Positions 9,428 to 19,517 are shown, numbered from the stretch's first letter. The stretch is DNA of 32,000 bases from Dickeya dadantii NCPPB 898 (GCF_000406145.1 NZ_CM001976.1:3509263-3541262); one strand, 5' to 3'. The notes: generated from the letters alone by a model not told the origin. Translations and numbers: made by a program.

Positions 9428-9443
9428 CGTGACAAAGTTCACA
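9428..9443. promoter_or_regulatory. CRP-binding site candidate upstream of pelE
   Basis: CGTGA-CAAAGT-TCACA compared with TGTGA-N6-TCACA (9/10 core positions). Confidence 0.6.
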
Positions 9444-9485
9444 AAATAGACACTAAAACCGCATAAACATTCGCCAAAACAAAAG

Positions 9486-9502
9486 ATGAAATGGTATTTC
9501 GT
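9486..9502. promoter_or_regulatory. KdgR box upstream of pelE
   Basis: ATGAAAT-GGT-ATTTCGT has 7-3-7 dyad symmetry similar to ATGAAAC-ATT-GTTTCAT. The ATG within it is the false ORF-track start at 9486. Confidence 0.6.
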
Positions 9503-9569
9503 TTTTAGACACACATGTAACAAATGGACACCATTTGGATCGCTCACTGAGCACACAAGGAAAATTGCC

Positions 9570-10784
9570 ATGAACAACTCACGTATGTCTTCCGTTTCAA
9601 CACAGAAAACAACAGGACGTTCTGCCCTGGGAACCAAAAGCGCGCTGGCGGCGATTATCGCCACCACCATGATGGTCTCAGTCGCTTCCGCCGCCAGTCT
9701 GCAAACCACCAAAGCGACAGAAGCGGCGTCAACCGGCTGGGCAACGCAGAGCGGCGGCACCACCGGCGGCGCCAAAGCGTCATCATCCAAAATCTACGCG
9801 GTGAAAAGCATCAGCGAATTCAAAGCAGCACTGAACGGAACCGATTCGTCGCCCAAGATCATCCAGGTCACCGGAGCAATTGATATCAGCGGCGGCAAAG
9901 CCTACACCAGCTTTGACGATCAGAAGGCCCGCAGCCAAATCAGCATTCCGTCCAACACCACCATCATCGGTATTGGCAACAAAGGCAAATTCACCAACGG
10001 TTCGCTGGTGGTGAAAGGCGTCAGCAACGTTATCCTGCGTAACCTGTACATCGAAACGCCGGTGGACGTGGCGCCGCATTACGAAGAGGGAGATGGCTGG
10101 AACGCCGAGTGGGACGCAGTAGTGATTGACAGCACAGACCACGTCTGGGTTGACCATGTCACCATCAGCGACGGCAGCTTCACCGACGACAAATACACCA
10201 CCAAAAACGGCGAAAAATATGTGCAGCATGACGGCTCGCTGGATATCAAGCGCGGCTCCGACTACGTTACCGTTTCTAATAGCCGCTTCGAGCTGCACGA
10301 CAAAACCATCCTGATCGGCCACAGCGACAACAACGGCTCGCAGGACGCCGGCAAACTGCGCGTCACCTTCCACAACAACCTGTTTGACCGGGTCGGCGAA
10401 CGTACCCCGCGCGTACGCTTCGGCAGCGTTCACGCTTACAACAACGTTTACGTTGGCGACGTCAACCACAAAGCCTATCGCTATCAGTACAGCTTCGGTA
10501 TCGGCACCAGCGGTAGCCTGCTGTCTGAGTCCAACGCGTTTACCATTGATAACATGAAAAAAATCAGCGGCCGCGACAAAGAATGCAGCGTGGTCAAGGC
10601 GTTTAACGGTAAGATCTTCTCTGATAAAGGCTCGATCATCAACGGCGCTTCGTACAATCTGAATGGTTGCGGCTTTGGCTTCAGTGCATACAGCGCCAAG
10701 ATCCCGTACAAATACTCAGCCCAAACCATCACCACCAGCCTGGCTGGCAGCATCAGCAGCAACGCGGGCTACGGTAAACTGTAA
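9570..10784 (+). CDS. pelE: Pectate lyase, PL1 family (PelE-type)
   Basis: 404 aa from [13 protein letters not shown]..., with an AAGGAAA SD upstream of 9570. Motifs are [10 protein letters not shown] and RTPRVRFG. It is highly similar to the next paralogue. The ORF-track 5' extension (MKWYFVF...) does not look like coding sequence. Confidence 0.9.
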   Translation: MNNSRMSSVSTQKTTGRSALGTKSALAAIIATTMMVSVASAASLQTTKATEAASTGWATQSGGTTGGAKASSSKIYAVKSISEFKAALNGTDSSPKIIQVTGAIDISGGKAYTSFDDQKARSQISIPSNTTIIGIGNKGKFTNGSLVVKGVSNVILRNLYIETPVDVAPHYEEGDGWNAEWDAVVIDSTDHVWVDHVTISDGSFTDDKYTTKNGEKYVQHDGSLDIKRGSDYVTVSNSRFELHDKTILIGHSDNNGSQDAGKLRVTFHNNLFDRVGERTPRVRFGSVHAYNNVYVGDVNHKAYRYQYSFGIGTSGSLLSESNAFTIDNMKKISGRDKECSVVKAFNGKIFSDKGSIINGASYNLNGCGFGFSAYSAKIPYKYSAQTITTSLAGSISSNAGYGKL

Positions 10785-10800
10785 TTTCCCGCCCAGCGTA

Positions 10801-10831
10801 AAGGCCACTTGCAAAAGTGGCCTTTTATTTT
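10801..10831 (+). terminator. pelE terminator
   Basis: AAGGCCACTT-GCAA-AAGTGGCCTT followed by TTATTTT. Confidence 0.8.
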
Positions 10832-11162
10832 CCCATATTCCCACCACTCGTATTACCCCGATGTTCTCCGAAGCGCCACTCAATACGGTTCAGGTTAATC
10901 CGGCCTTGCCACAGGCGTTCATCAAGAAATCGACCGGTTTTCCCCATCAAATGCAGGGACTAGCAGGAATTAGTAAGAGCCACAGATTAATAAAATTCTA
11001 TTTAATAAAAATCGAATCAATTGTTAACTGTTTGGGTTATTTCAGATAAAAACACTTATACATATAGCTGAATTTAAAAGAAAAATTAATTCAACATTCA
11101 TAACCAAAAGTTACCGGTCACGATCACACTTTAGATAAAATTAATCAGCCTCATAAAAAAAA

Positions 11163-11178
11163 CGAGATTTTGATCACA
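11163..11178. promoter_or_regulatory. Weak CRP-site candidate upstream of pelD
   Basis: CGAGA-TTTTGA-TCACA. The right half is perfect and the left half matches 3/5. Confidence 0.35.
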
Positions 11179-11221
11179 AAATAAACAATCGAAAACGCTT
11201 AAAAATCCGCCTTGCCAAAGG

Positions 11222-11238
11222 ACAAAATGGCGTTTCAT
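11222..11238. promoter_or_regulatory. KdgR box upstream of pelD
   Basis: ACAAAAT-GGC-GTTTCAT has a perfect right half. It sits at a position homologous to the pelE box. Confidence 0.5.
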
Positions 11239-11303
11239 TTTTTTCACAAACACTTTTCAGTCAACAAAATTGGATTAGCGCAGATAGCGCAAGGAACCAG
11301 TCT

Positions 11304-12482
11304 ATGAACAACACACGAGTGTCTTCCGTAGGTACCAAAAGCTTGCTGGCAGCCATCATCGCTACATCGATGATGACCTGGTCAGTCAATGCAGCCACGC
11401 TGCAAACCACCAAGGCGACAGAAGCAGCGTCAACTGGCTGGGCAACGCAGGGCGGCGGCACCACCGGCGGCGCTAAAGCAGCCTCAGCCAAAATCTATGC
11501 AGTAAAAAATATCAGCGAATTTAAAGCCGCGCTGAATGGCACCGACACCGATCCGAAAATCATTCAGGTGACCGGCGCTATCGATATCAGCGGCGGCAAA
11601 GCCTACACCAGCTTTGACGATCAGAAAGCCCGCAGCCAGATCAGCGTTCCGTCCAACACCACCATCATCGGTATTGGCAGCAATGGCAAATTCACCAACG
11701 GCTCTCTGGTCATCAAAGGCGTGAGTAACGTTATCCTGCGTAACCTGTATATCGAAACGCCGGTGGATGTAGCACCGCATTACGAGGAAGGGGATGGCTG
11801 GAACGCCGAGTGGGATGCGGCGGTGATCGACAATTCCACCCGCGTTTGGGTTGACCATGTCACCATCAGCGACGGCAGCTTCACCGATGACAAATACACC
11901 ACCAAAAACGGCGAAAAATATGTGCAGCACGACGGCGCGCTGGATATCAAGAAAGGGTCCGACTACGTCACCATTTCCAGCAGCCGCTTCGAACTGCATG
12001 ACAAAACCATCCTGATCGGCCATAGCGACAGCAACGGCTCACAGGACTCCGGCAAACTGCGCGTTACCTTCCACAACAACGTGTTTGACCGTGTAACCGA
12101 ACGTACCCCGCGCGTACGCTTTGGTAGCATCCACGCGTATAACAACGTGTATCTGGGCGACGTGAAAAACAGCGTCTATCCGTATCTGTACAGCTTCGGT
12201 CTTGGCACCAGCGGCAGCATCCTGTCGGAGTCCAACTCCTTCACGCTCTCCAACCTGAAGAGCATTGATGGCAAAAATCCAGAATGCAGCATCGTGAAGC
12301 AATTCAACAGCAAGGTATTCTCCGATAACGGCTCACTGGTTAACGGCTCGTCAACCACTAAGCTGGACACTTGCGGCCTGACGGCTTACAAACCGACTCT
12401 GCCGTACAAATATTCGGCTCAGACCATGACAAGTAGCCTGGCTAGCAGCATCAATAGCAATGCAGGATACGGCAAACTGTAA
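11304..12482 (+). CDS. pelD: Pectate lyase, PL1 family (PelD-type)
   Basis: 392-aa ORF starting [20 protein letters not shown]..., with an AAGGAA SD. It has the same PL1 motifs and lies directly upstream of paeY, as reported for Dickeya dadantii pelD. Confidence 0.9.
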   Translation: MNNTRVSSVGTKSLLAAIIATSMMTWSVNAATLQTTKATEAASTGWATQGGGTTGGAKAASAKIYAVKNISEFKAALNGTDTDPKIIQVTGAIDISGGKAYTSFDDQKARSQISVPSNTTIIGIGSNGKFTNGSLVIKGVSNVILRNLYIETPVDVAPHYEEGDGWNAEWDAAVIDNSTRVWVDHVTISDGSFTDDKYTTKNGEKYVQHDGALDIKKGSDYVTISSSRFELHDKTILIGHSDSNGSQDSGKLRVTFHNNVFDRVTERTPRVRFGSIHAYNNVYLGDVKNSVYPYLYSFGLGTSGSILSESNSFTLSNLKSIDGKNPECSIVKQFNSKVFSDNGSLVNGSSTTKLDTCGLTAYKPTLPYKYSAQTMTSSLASSINSNAGYGKL

Positions 12483-12500
12483 TTCCTCTGCCAGTAAATC

Positions 12501-12529
12501 GCGGCCACTTGAAAAAGTGGCCGCTTTTT
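12501..12529 (+). terminator. pelD terminator
   Basis: GCGGCCACTT-GAAA-AAGTGGCCGC followed by TTTTT. The stem is homologous to the pelE terminator. Confidence 0.8.
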
Positions 12530-12560
12530 GCATCAATCGCAGGTAAAAGAGGTCATCATC

Positions 12561-14216
12561 ATGCTCACAACTACCTGGAATCGCGCCTTTTTTCTCGGTT
12601 CCCTGCTTTGTCTGCCGATATCTTTTGCGCAGGCTGAAGGCACCGTGACGGAAACCAACGCTTCACCTACGCCCCACGAGCTCAATGTCGTCACGCTGGC
12701 TCCCAATACATCGATCAGCGGCAGAGTGGCCTACCGTGACATACGCTTCCCTGCCACATTACTCATCAAAGATCAGCGTGGCGTAGAACGCAACGTAAAA
12801 ACCGATATTCAAGGGCGATTTTATGTCGACGTCTCCTCACTGGTCACGCCACTGCGTCTGTCCGCGATTGAAGCGGGCGGACAGAATTGCCTGTTGAGTA
12901 ATCAGCTTCGCGCCGTTTGCCTGGGCGCACTGGTACCTGAGTTGCGTGACGGTCATGAAAATCGTATCAATATCAATCCGCTGACCGATCGTATTTTGTC
13001 TGAGGTCGCTGTATCGGCCGGTTATATCGGCCCACAGCAACTGATCGATGCCGCCACGCTGCCCTCTTTATCGACAACTGTCTGGGAAACTGCTTACCGC
13101 GAATTTCATGTCGGTTTTGATGATGCGTTGAAACAGGCAGGTATTGCCGACCCTTCCCAGTTCGATCCGTTAACGTATTCGGATACGATGACGCCAGCCT
13201 TTACGAAAATCCTTCAGGTCATCAACCACACTCGCGGTTATAACAATAACAACGGCCAGGCCAGTCACACCGTGCTAACCGACATCAAGTTTCGCCCGAT
13301 TGCCGGACTGAATGCCTCTGGTAGCTACGAACCCTTGGATCTGACCAGTGCTAACCAACACCGTAAGGCGTTGGAGCAGTCACATACTCGCATTTTCATC
13401 GTGAGTGACTCAACTGCGGCAACCTACGAGAAAGCGCGTTTTCCCCGTATGGGATGGGGCCAGGTGTTTGAACAACAGTTCCGCCCTGGCGGTGATGTTA
13501 CCGTCGTCAACGGTGCCCGCGCGGGACGTAGTTCGCGTGATTTCTACTACGAAGGGTGGTTCCGCCAGATGGAGCCGTTTATGCGGCCGGGCGATTACCT
13601 GTTTATCGGTATGGGACACAACGATCAAAACTGCGATAGCCAGAAAGCCCTTCGCGGCGCGGCAGATGTCGCCAACCTCTGTACTTACCCAAATAGCGCC
13701 GACGGTAGACCGCAATACCCGCAGGGCAAACCGGATATGTCTTTCCAGATTTCGCTGGAACGCTACATCCGTTACGCACAGGCGCATCGAATGATACCGG
13801 TATTGCTGACCCCAACGGCGCGCGTCAAAAACGCCGAAGGAAAGAACGGGACACCGGCGGTCCACAGTCACCTGACCAAACAGAACAAAGCCGGCGGTTA
13901 TGCCTATATCGGCGATTACACCCAGACCATTCGCGATACGGCCAGCAAGAACAAGGTGCCGCTACTGGATGTAGAAACCGCGACGCTGGCGCTGGCCAAT
14001 CAGGGCGACGGGCAGCAGTGGCAGCAATACTGGCTGGCGGTCGATCCGGATCGCTACCCCTATTACCGTGATCAGGCCGGCAGCCTGACTCAGCCTGACA
14101 CCACCCACTTCCAACAGAAGGGCGCACAGGCGGTCGCGGCGATAGTCGCCGACCAGATCAAGGCGGCGCCTTCGCTGCGGGAATTGGCAGGCAAGCTGCA
14201 AGCAGCTAATCGGTAA
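12561..14216 (+). CDS. paeY: Pectin acetylesterase (SGNH/GDSL hydrolase with an N-terminal extra domain)
   Basis: 551 aa from MLTTTWNRAFFLGSLLCLPISFAQA, with an AGAGG SD 8 nt upstream. SGNH blocks are FIVSDSTAA (I), ARAGRSS (II), GMGHND (III) and DTTHF (V). The ORF-track start at 12528 lies in the pelD terminator T-tract. Confidence 0.85.
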   Translation: MLTTTWNRAFFLGSLLCLPISFAQAEGTVTETNASPTPHELNVVTLAPNTSISGRVAYRDIRFPATLLIKDQRGVERNVKTDIQGRFYVDVSSLVTPLRLSAIEAGGQNCLLSNQLRAVCLGALVPELRDGHENRININPLTDRILSEVAVSAGYIGPQQLIDAATLPSLSTTVWETAYREFHVGFDDALKQAGIADPSQFDPLTYSDTMTPAFTKILQVINHTRGYNNNNGQASHTVLTDIKFRPIAGLNASGSYEPLDLTSANQHRKALEQSHTRIFIVSDSTAATYEKARFPRMGWGQVFEQQFRPGGDVTVVNGARAGRSSRDFYYEGWFRQMEPFMRPGDYLFIGMGHNDQNCDSQKALRGAADVANLCTYPNSADGRPQYPQGKPDMSFQISLERYIRYAQAHRMIPVLLTPTARVKNAEGKNGTPAVHSHLTKQNKAGGYAYIGDYTQTIRDTASKNKVPLLDVETATLALANQGDGQQWQQYWLAVDPDRYPYYRDQAGSLTQPDTTHFQQKGAQAVAAIVADQIKAAPSLRELAGKLQAANR

Positions 14217-14300
14217 TGCTGAGAAATTAAGGTTTTATAGGACATTACTCGTGCATGAAGCACCTGGACTTCTGTCATCCACCACTAAAGGAATATGTGT

Positions 14301-15401
14301 ATGTTAAAAACGATCTCTGGAACCCTCGCGCTGTCGCTGATTATCGCCGCCAGCGTACATCAGGCACAGGCAGCGACAACCTACAACGCTGTGGTATCAA
14401 AATCTTCCAGCGACGGCAAAACGTTCAAAACTATTGCCGACGCGATTGCCAGCGCCCCAGCAGGCAGCACGCCGTTCGTCATTTTGATCAAGAACGGCGT
14501 CTATAATGAACGCCTGACGATTACCCGTAATAACCTGCATCTGAAAGGCGAAAGTCGTAACGGTGCGGTCATTGCTGCTGCCACGGCGGCGGGCACCCTG
14601 AAGTCGGACGGCAGCAAGTGGGGAACGGCAGGCAGCAGCACCATCACCATCAGCGCCAAGGATTTCAGCGCCCAGTCGCTGACCATTCGCAACGACTTTG
14701 ATTTCCCGGCCAATCAGGCCAAAAGCGACAGCGACAGCAGTAAAATCAAGGACACGCAGGCGGTAGCGCTCTATGTCACCAAAAGCGGCGACCGCGCCTA
14801 CTTCAAAGACGTCAGCCTGGTCGGCTATCAGGACACGCTGTATGTTTCCGGCGGCCGCAGTTTCTTCTCCGACTGCCGTATCAGCGGCACGGTTGACTTT
14901 ATCTTTGGCGACGGCACCGCGTTGTTCAACAACTGCGATCTGGTCTCCCGCTATCGCGCTGATGTGAAAAGCGGCAATGTCTCCGGCTACCTGACCGCGC
15001 CCAGTACCAACATTAATCAGAAGTATGGTCTGGTGATCACCAACAGTCGCGTGATTCGGGAAAGTGACTCAGTACCGGCGAAAAGCTACGGACTGGGTCG
15101 CCCCTGGCATCCAACAACGACCTTCTCCGATGGCCGTTACGCGGATCCGAATGCTATTGGTCAAACCGTTTTCCTGAACACCAGCATGGATAATCATATT
15201 TATGGTTGGGACAAGATGTCCGGCAAGGACAAAAACGGTAACACCATCTGGTTCAATCCGGAAGATTCCCGTTTCTTCGAGTACAAATCCTATGGTGCGG
15301 GAGCTGCGGTGAGCAAAGACCGCCGGCAACTGACTGACGCACAGGCGGCAGAGTACACGCAGAGCAAAGTACTGGGCGACTGGACGCCGACATTACCCTG
15401 A
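14301..15401 (+). CDS. pemA: Pectin methylesterase (CE8)
   Basis: 366 aa from MLKTISGTLALSLIIAASVHQAQA. CE8 motifs are GYQDTLY, DFIFG and LGRPW. An AAGGAA SD lies 7 nt upstream of 14301. Confidence 0.92.
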   Translation: MLKTISGTLALSLIIAASVHQAQAATTYNAVVSKSSSDGKTFKTIADAIASAPAGSTPFVILIKNGVYNERLTITRNNLHLKGESRNGAVIAAATAAGTLKSDGSKWGTAGSSTITISAKDFSAQSLTIRNDFDFPANQAKSDSDSSKIKDTQAVALYVTKSGDRAYFKDVSLVGYQDTLYVSGGRSFFSDCRISGTVDFIFGDGTALFNNCDLVSRYRADVKSGNVSGYLTAPSTNINQKYGLVITNSRVIRESDSVPAKSYGLGRPWHPTTTFSDGRYADPNAIGQTVFLNTSMDNHIYGWDKMSGKDKNGNTIWFNPEDSRFFEYKSYGAGAAVSKDRRQLTDAQAAEYTQSKVLGDWTPTLP

Positions 15402-15425
15402 CGAATTGCCATTCTGATGCCAAAC

Positions 15426-15450
15426 AATCACCTCTTCCGAAGAGGTGATT
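15426..15450 (+). terminator. Hairpin after pemA
   Basis: AATCACCTCTT pairs with AAGAGGTGATT around a 3-nt loop. The T-tract is weak. Confidence 0.5.
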
Positions 15451-15462
15451 TAAAACTCGTAG

Positions 15463-15500
15463 CAAAACAGCCAGCCGGTAACGGCTGGCTGTTTATCTTT
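15463..15500. terminator. Bidirectional terminator between pemA and glnB
   Basis: ACAGCCAGCCG-GTAA-CGGCTGGCTGT is flanked by AAAA upstream and TTATCTTT downstream. Confidence 0.75.
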
Positions 15501-15525
15501 GCGGCGGCTGACAAACGATAGCCCG

Positions 15526-15873
<348 letters not shown>

Positions 15874-15949
15874 CTAATCATCACTATGTAGCGGCCAGAG
15901 CCAGCACGGCGAAATCATGATCGGCCATGCAATTCACAATAACTTAACA

Positions 15950-17287
15950 CTATTCTTTAAAATCGTTGGCGTCCAATTCGTGCCTTGCCAGCAATTTATA
16001 AAACTCGGTACGGTTTCGTCCCGCCATGCGCGCCGCCTGCGTCACGTTGCCTTTGGCGATCTGCAGTAATTTGCGCAGGTAATTGAGCTCAAACTGGTTA
16101 CGCGCTTCGGCAAACGTAGGCAGCGCCGTATTTTCCCCTTCCAGCGCCTGTTCCACCAACGCATCGCCAATGACCGGCGCACTGGTCAGCGCGACGCATT
16201 GCTCAATCACATTGACCAGTTGCCGCACGTTGCCCGGCCAGCTGGCCGCCATCAGGCGTTTCATGGCATCCGTCGAAAAACTGCGTACAAAAGGTTTGTG
16301 TCGTGCCGCCGCTTCACGTAACAAATGGTTCGCCAGCAGCGGAATATCTTCAGCACGCTCATTCAACGCAGGCAGTTTGAGATTCACCACGTTGAGGCGA
16401 TAGTAAAGATCCTCACGAAATTCCCCTTTCTCCATCGCTTTGGGTAAATCACGATGGGTGGCGGAAATAATCCGTACATTGATGTCTATATCCCGGTTAC
16501 TGCCCAGCGGCCTGATCTTGCGTTCCTGCAATACGCGCAGCAGCTTCACCTGCAACGCGAGCGGCATGTCGCCAATTTCATCCAGAAACAGCGTACCGCC
16601 TTCCGCTGCCTGGAATAACCCCTCGCGCTGACTGACGGCTCCGGTAAAAGCCCCCCGGGCATGGCCGAATAGCTCGGATTCCAGCAAAGGTTCCGGCAAT
16701 GCGCCGCAGTTGATGGCGATAAACGGCCTTCCCGCTCGCGGGCTGGCGGCGTGAATCGCCTGCGCCAGCACCTCTTTCCCGGTGCCGCTCTGGCCGTTAA
16801 TCAATACGCTGACATCCGACTGCGCCACCATTTTGGCCTGTTCGAGCAGGCGTAGCATAATCGGGCTGCGCGTCACCACCGCCGCGCGCCAGCTCTCATC
16901 GCTTGCCGGCGGCGACAGCTTAAGCGCATCATCAATCGCTTTGTACAACGCGTCGCGATCAACCGGCTTGGTCAAAAAACTGAATACGCCCTGCTGCGTT
17001 GCCGCCACCGCTTCGGGGATAGAACCGTGCGCAGTCAGGATAATCACCGGCATTCCCGGCTGATTTTTCTGGATTTCGGCAAACAAGGCCAACCCATCCA
17101 TTTCATCCATGCGCAAATCGCTGATCACCAGATCGATTTTTTCCCGCTGCAACAACCGTAGCGCGTCCTGACCGTTGGTTGCCGTGGTGACGGTAAACCC
17201 TTCACTGGTCAAACGCATTCCCAGCAATTTCAACAGGCTCGGATCATCATCCACTAACAGCAGGCTGGCGGGTTTTCGGGTGGTCAT
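15950..17287 (-). CDS. glrR: Sigma54-dependent two-component response regulator GlrR (QseF/YfhA)
   Basis: 445 aa with a receiver domain (DLVISDLRMDEMDG), an AAA+ domain (GQSGTGKE, GAFTGA) and a C-terminal HTH. An ATGA overlap links it to the upstream qseG. The gene order is syntenic with E. coli. Confidence 0.92.
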   Translation of the reverse strand: MTTRKPASLLLVDDDPSLLKLLGMRLTSEGFTVTTATNGQDALRLLQREKIDLVISDLRMDEMDGLALFAEIQKNQPGMPVIILTAHGSIPEAVAATQQGVFSFLTKPVDRDALYKAIDDALKLSPPASDESWRAAVVTRSPIMLRLLEQAKMVAQSDVSVLINGQSGTGKEVLAQAIHAASPRAGRPFIAINCGALPEPLLESELFGHARGAFTGAVSQREGLFQAAEGGTLFLDEIGDMPLALQVKLLRVLQERKIRPLGSNRDIDINVRIISATHRDLPKAMEKGEFREDLYYRLNVVNLKLPALNERAEDIPLLANHLLREAAARHKPFVRSFSTDAMKRLMAASWPGNVRQLVNVIEQCVALTSAPVIGDALVEQALEGENTALPTFAEARNQFELNYLRKLLQIAKGNVTQAARMAGRNRTEFYKLLARHELDANDFKE

Positions 17288-18036
17288 TCGCTTTTCATTC
17301 CTTTTTTCACCGCAGCGGGCGGCGTTTCACCTTCACCGCTTTTTACCGCCCGGCGCCCTTCGCCATCAGGCAAATCGCCCTGTACCGGCTTGCGTGATGA
17401 GAGCTGGCGTTCGATATCGGTCAGATTTTCCAGTTTACGCGTCGTGGCTTCCAACTGGGATTGCAACTGATTCTGCTGCTCATGCATCACCTCCAGCTGC
17501 TTGTCGCTGTTTTCTTGTGTCCGCTGAAAGCGCTGACGCTCATCAGCCAGCGTCAGCATCAGGTTCTGTTTATCCAGCCAGACCTGGAACAGCGGCAGCA
17601 ACGTCAACGGCACATTCAACCGATGACGGTTCAACTGTTCAATAATCTGGCGACGTTCCTGCACTGTAGTTTCAGCATTATCCAGCAAGATGGCCTGACG
17701 GAACAAACCGCTCCAGTCATTTTCTCCCACCAACAGCGTCTGTTGCCGGGCCTGCGCCGGCGTCATGTGCGCAGCGCAATCCATCACACGCAACCAGTAC
17801 AGCGCGTTGTTCATCGCCTCGGTGTTATGGAGTTGCCACAACCGCCCACAAGACATGGTGCTGTAATCCGCCACCTGCTCTTTGGGCGGACTGACTATCT
17901 CTGTCCCCCGCCGCTCGGTGGGGGTATTGTCGTTATCCTGAGCACAGCCGGCCAGTACAACAGCCGATAAAAATAGCCATGGCAGGATCAGCAGCTTTTT
18001 CAGCGCGGCAACCACCTCCGGGCCGGACAACGACAT
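17284..18036 (-). CDS. qseG: Lipoprotein QseG (YfhG), accessory to GlrK
   Basis: The C-terminal half (LEATTRKLENLTDIERQLSSRKP) matches E. coli YfhG as I recall it. The lipobox is VLAG|C. The start at 18036 (GAGG SD, 7-nt spacer) gives a normal 30-aa lipoprotein signal peptide, while the ORF-track start at 18081 gives a 45-aa one. Confidence 0.8.
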   Translation of the reverse strand: MSLSGPEVVAALKKLLILPWLFLSAVVLAGCAQDNDNTPTERRGTEIVSPPKEQVADYSTMSCGRLWQLHNTEAMNNALYWLRVMDCAAHMTPAQARQQTLLVGENDWSGLFRQAILLDNAETTVQERRQIIEQLNRHRLNVPLTLLPLFQVWLDKQNLMLTLADERQRFQRTQENSDKQLEVMHEQQNQLQSQLEATTRKLENLTDIERQLSSRKPVQGDLPDGEGRRAVKSGEGETPPAAVKKGMKSE

Positions 18037-18083
18037 CACCGGACCTCGTAACGACAGGAGGCTTAACAACCGTGCAATCATGG

Positions 18084-19517
18084 TTAATTCTCAGTGTTCA
18101 ATGGTAATTCAATACGAAAACAGACATCGGCGTAATCCACCGAGACCAGATTCAGCTCCCCCTGCATACGGCGGATGCAATCCTGCGCAATGCTCAATCC
18201 CAGTCCACTCCCTTTTACTGCGCCCTTGCGCTGGTGAGCCCCCTGATAAAAAGGCTCGAATATCATACTTTTATCTGACTCAGGGATCGGTGTACCACTG
18301 TTGGCGACATCAATCTGAACCCGGCCCTCGACCTGACGGCTGCGGATCCAAATGTTACCGGATTCCTGCCCGTAGTGCACCGCATTGGAATAGAGATTAT
18401 CCACTACCCGCATCAACAGCGTGGTTTCCGCCCGGCACGCTTTCGCATCCAGTTCAATATGCGTTTGCATCAGTTTGCCACGCGCCGGCAGGCTATGAGC
18501 AGAAACAACCATATTGACGATATCGTCGATATCCACCTGTTCCAGCCCGGCCGGCGCATCCGCCAGTTTTCGGTTATAGTCGAGCAGTTGTTCAATTAGT
18601 TGCTGTAGATGGCGGCTGCTGTTATCGAGAATCGCCACCACCTCTTTCTGGTCAGCCGTTAGCGTGCCAACCACTTCGTCCGCCAGTAGCGCCGCGCCTT
18701 CACGCAGACTCGCCAGCGGCGTTTTCAGTTCATGGGACAAGTGGCGCAAAAACTCATGACGTTGCGCTTCCAGCCAGGACAGACGCTCGCTCAGCCAGAT
18801 GATCCGCTGCGCCAGAGAACGAATCTCCGTCGGCCCCCTGAAGCTGGCGATTCGACCCAACGGACGGCCTTCTCCCAGCCGGTTGATCATGCGCTCTACG
18901 CCTTTCACCGGCCCGATAATCATTCGGGTAAACAGCATCACCAACAGCACGCTGACCAGAAACAGCACCAACGCCTGCCAGCCGAAAAAACGGCCTCGCT
19001 CGGCAATGTCTTGTTGCAGCTGCTGCCCGCGCGAGAAAATCACTTCGCGGGTTGCCTGCACCATCTGGGCATTCGTGCGGGAGAAAGTATCAAGCACCGT
19101 GGCGGACTCCGCCGCCGGACCGTTATTCTGACAACGGATATCCGTCAGTTGCGTCAGGTATTGCCGTAGATTTTGATAATAGGAAGGGTCAGGCAGAATC
19201 GGCGCATGGACGTCCAGCATCTGGGAGTACTGCTTGCGCTGGTTTTGATACAGCTGCGATAAGGTTTGATCTCCCAGCACGCAAAACTGACGGTAGCTGC
19301 GCTCCATGCTGATGGCCGTGCTGGTCATGGCTTCACTACGCCGGGCGTCGGCCAGCGTAGTGTTATTGATTCCGGCAGCCTGTTCGCTGAGGTGATCCAG
19401 ACTCTCGTAGGCTTGATAGGCCAGCACCAGCAGCGGCAATAAAACCAGCAGGAATGCCATAATGACCAACTGCCGTAAAGAGCGTGGGAAAAAACGCCAA
19501 CGTTTCAACGAAATCAT
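18084..19517 (-). CDS. glrK: Sensor histidine kinase GlrK (QseE/YfhK)
   Basis: 477 aa with two TM segments, a HAMP domain, an H-box LSHELKTPLASL and an ATPase G2 box GSGLGLSIA. The position is syntenic with E. coli. Confidence 0.92.
   Translation of the reverse strand: MISLKRWRFFPRSLRQLVIMAFLLVLLPLLVLAYQAYESLDHLSEQAAGINNTTLADARRSEAMTSTAISMERSYRQFCVLGDQTLSQLYQNQRKQYSQMLDVHAPILPDPSYYQNLRQYLTQLTDIRCQNNGPAAESATVLDTFSRTNAQMVQATREVIFSRGQQLQQDIAERGRFFGWQALVLFLVSVLLVMLFTRMIIGPVKGVERMINRLGEGRPLGRIASFRGPTEIRSLAQRIIWLSERLSWLEAQRHEFLRHLSHELKTPLASLREGAALLADEVVGTLTADQKEVVAILDNSSRHLQQLIEQLLDYNRKLADAPAGLEQVDIDDIVNMVVSAHSLPARGKLMQTHIELDAKACRAETTLLMRVVDNLYSNAVHYGQESGNIWIRSRQVEGRVQIDVANSGTPIPESDKSMIFEPFYQGAHQRKGAVKGSGLGLSIAQDCIRRMQGELNLVSVDYADVCFRIELPLNTEN

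Noticed and set aside
9486-9569. 5' extensions of ORF-track calls: pelE from 9486, paeY from 12528, pemA from 14295, hmp from 6228, glyA to 5909, pgpC to 27177 and the small gene to 28809.
   Set aside because: Internal ATGs have proper SD spacing and give N-termini matching known homologues or signal peptides. The extended starts fall in a KdgR box, a terminator T-tract, an SD sequence, the neighbouring gene or non-protein-like sequence.
8084-12023. Long minus-strand ORFs opposite pelA (8084-9079), pelE (9783-10469) and pelD (11484-12023), which are similar to one another.
   Set aside because: Their mutual similarity simply mirrors the paralogy of the pel genes on the + strand. The translations are Val/Ala/Asp/Gly-rich with no start context.
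7428-15525. Possibility that the pectinase cluster is a mobile genomic island.
   Set aside because: No integrase, transposase, IS ends, tRNA target or flanking direct repeats are visible. I report it only as a synteny insertion.
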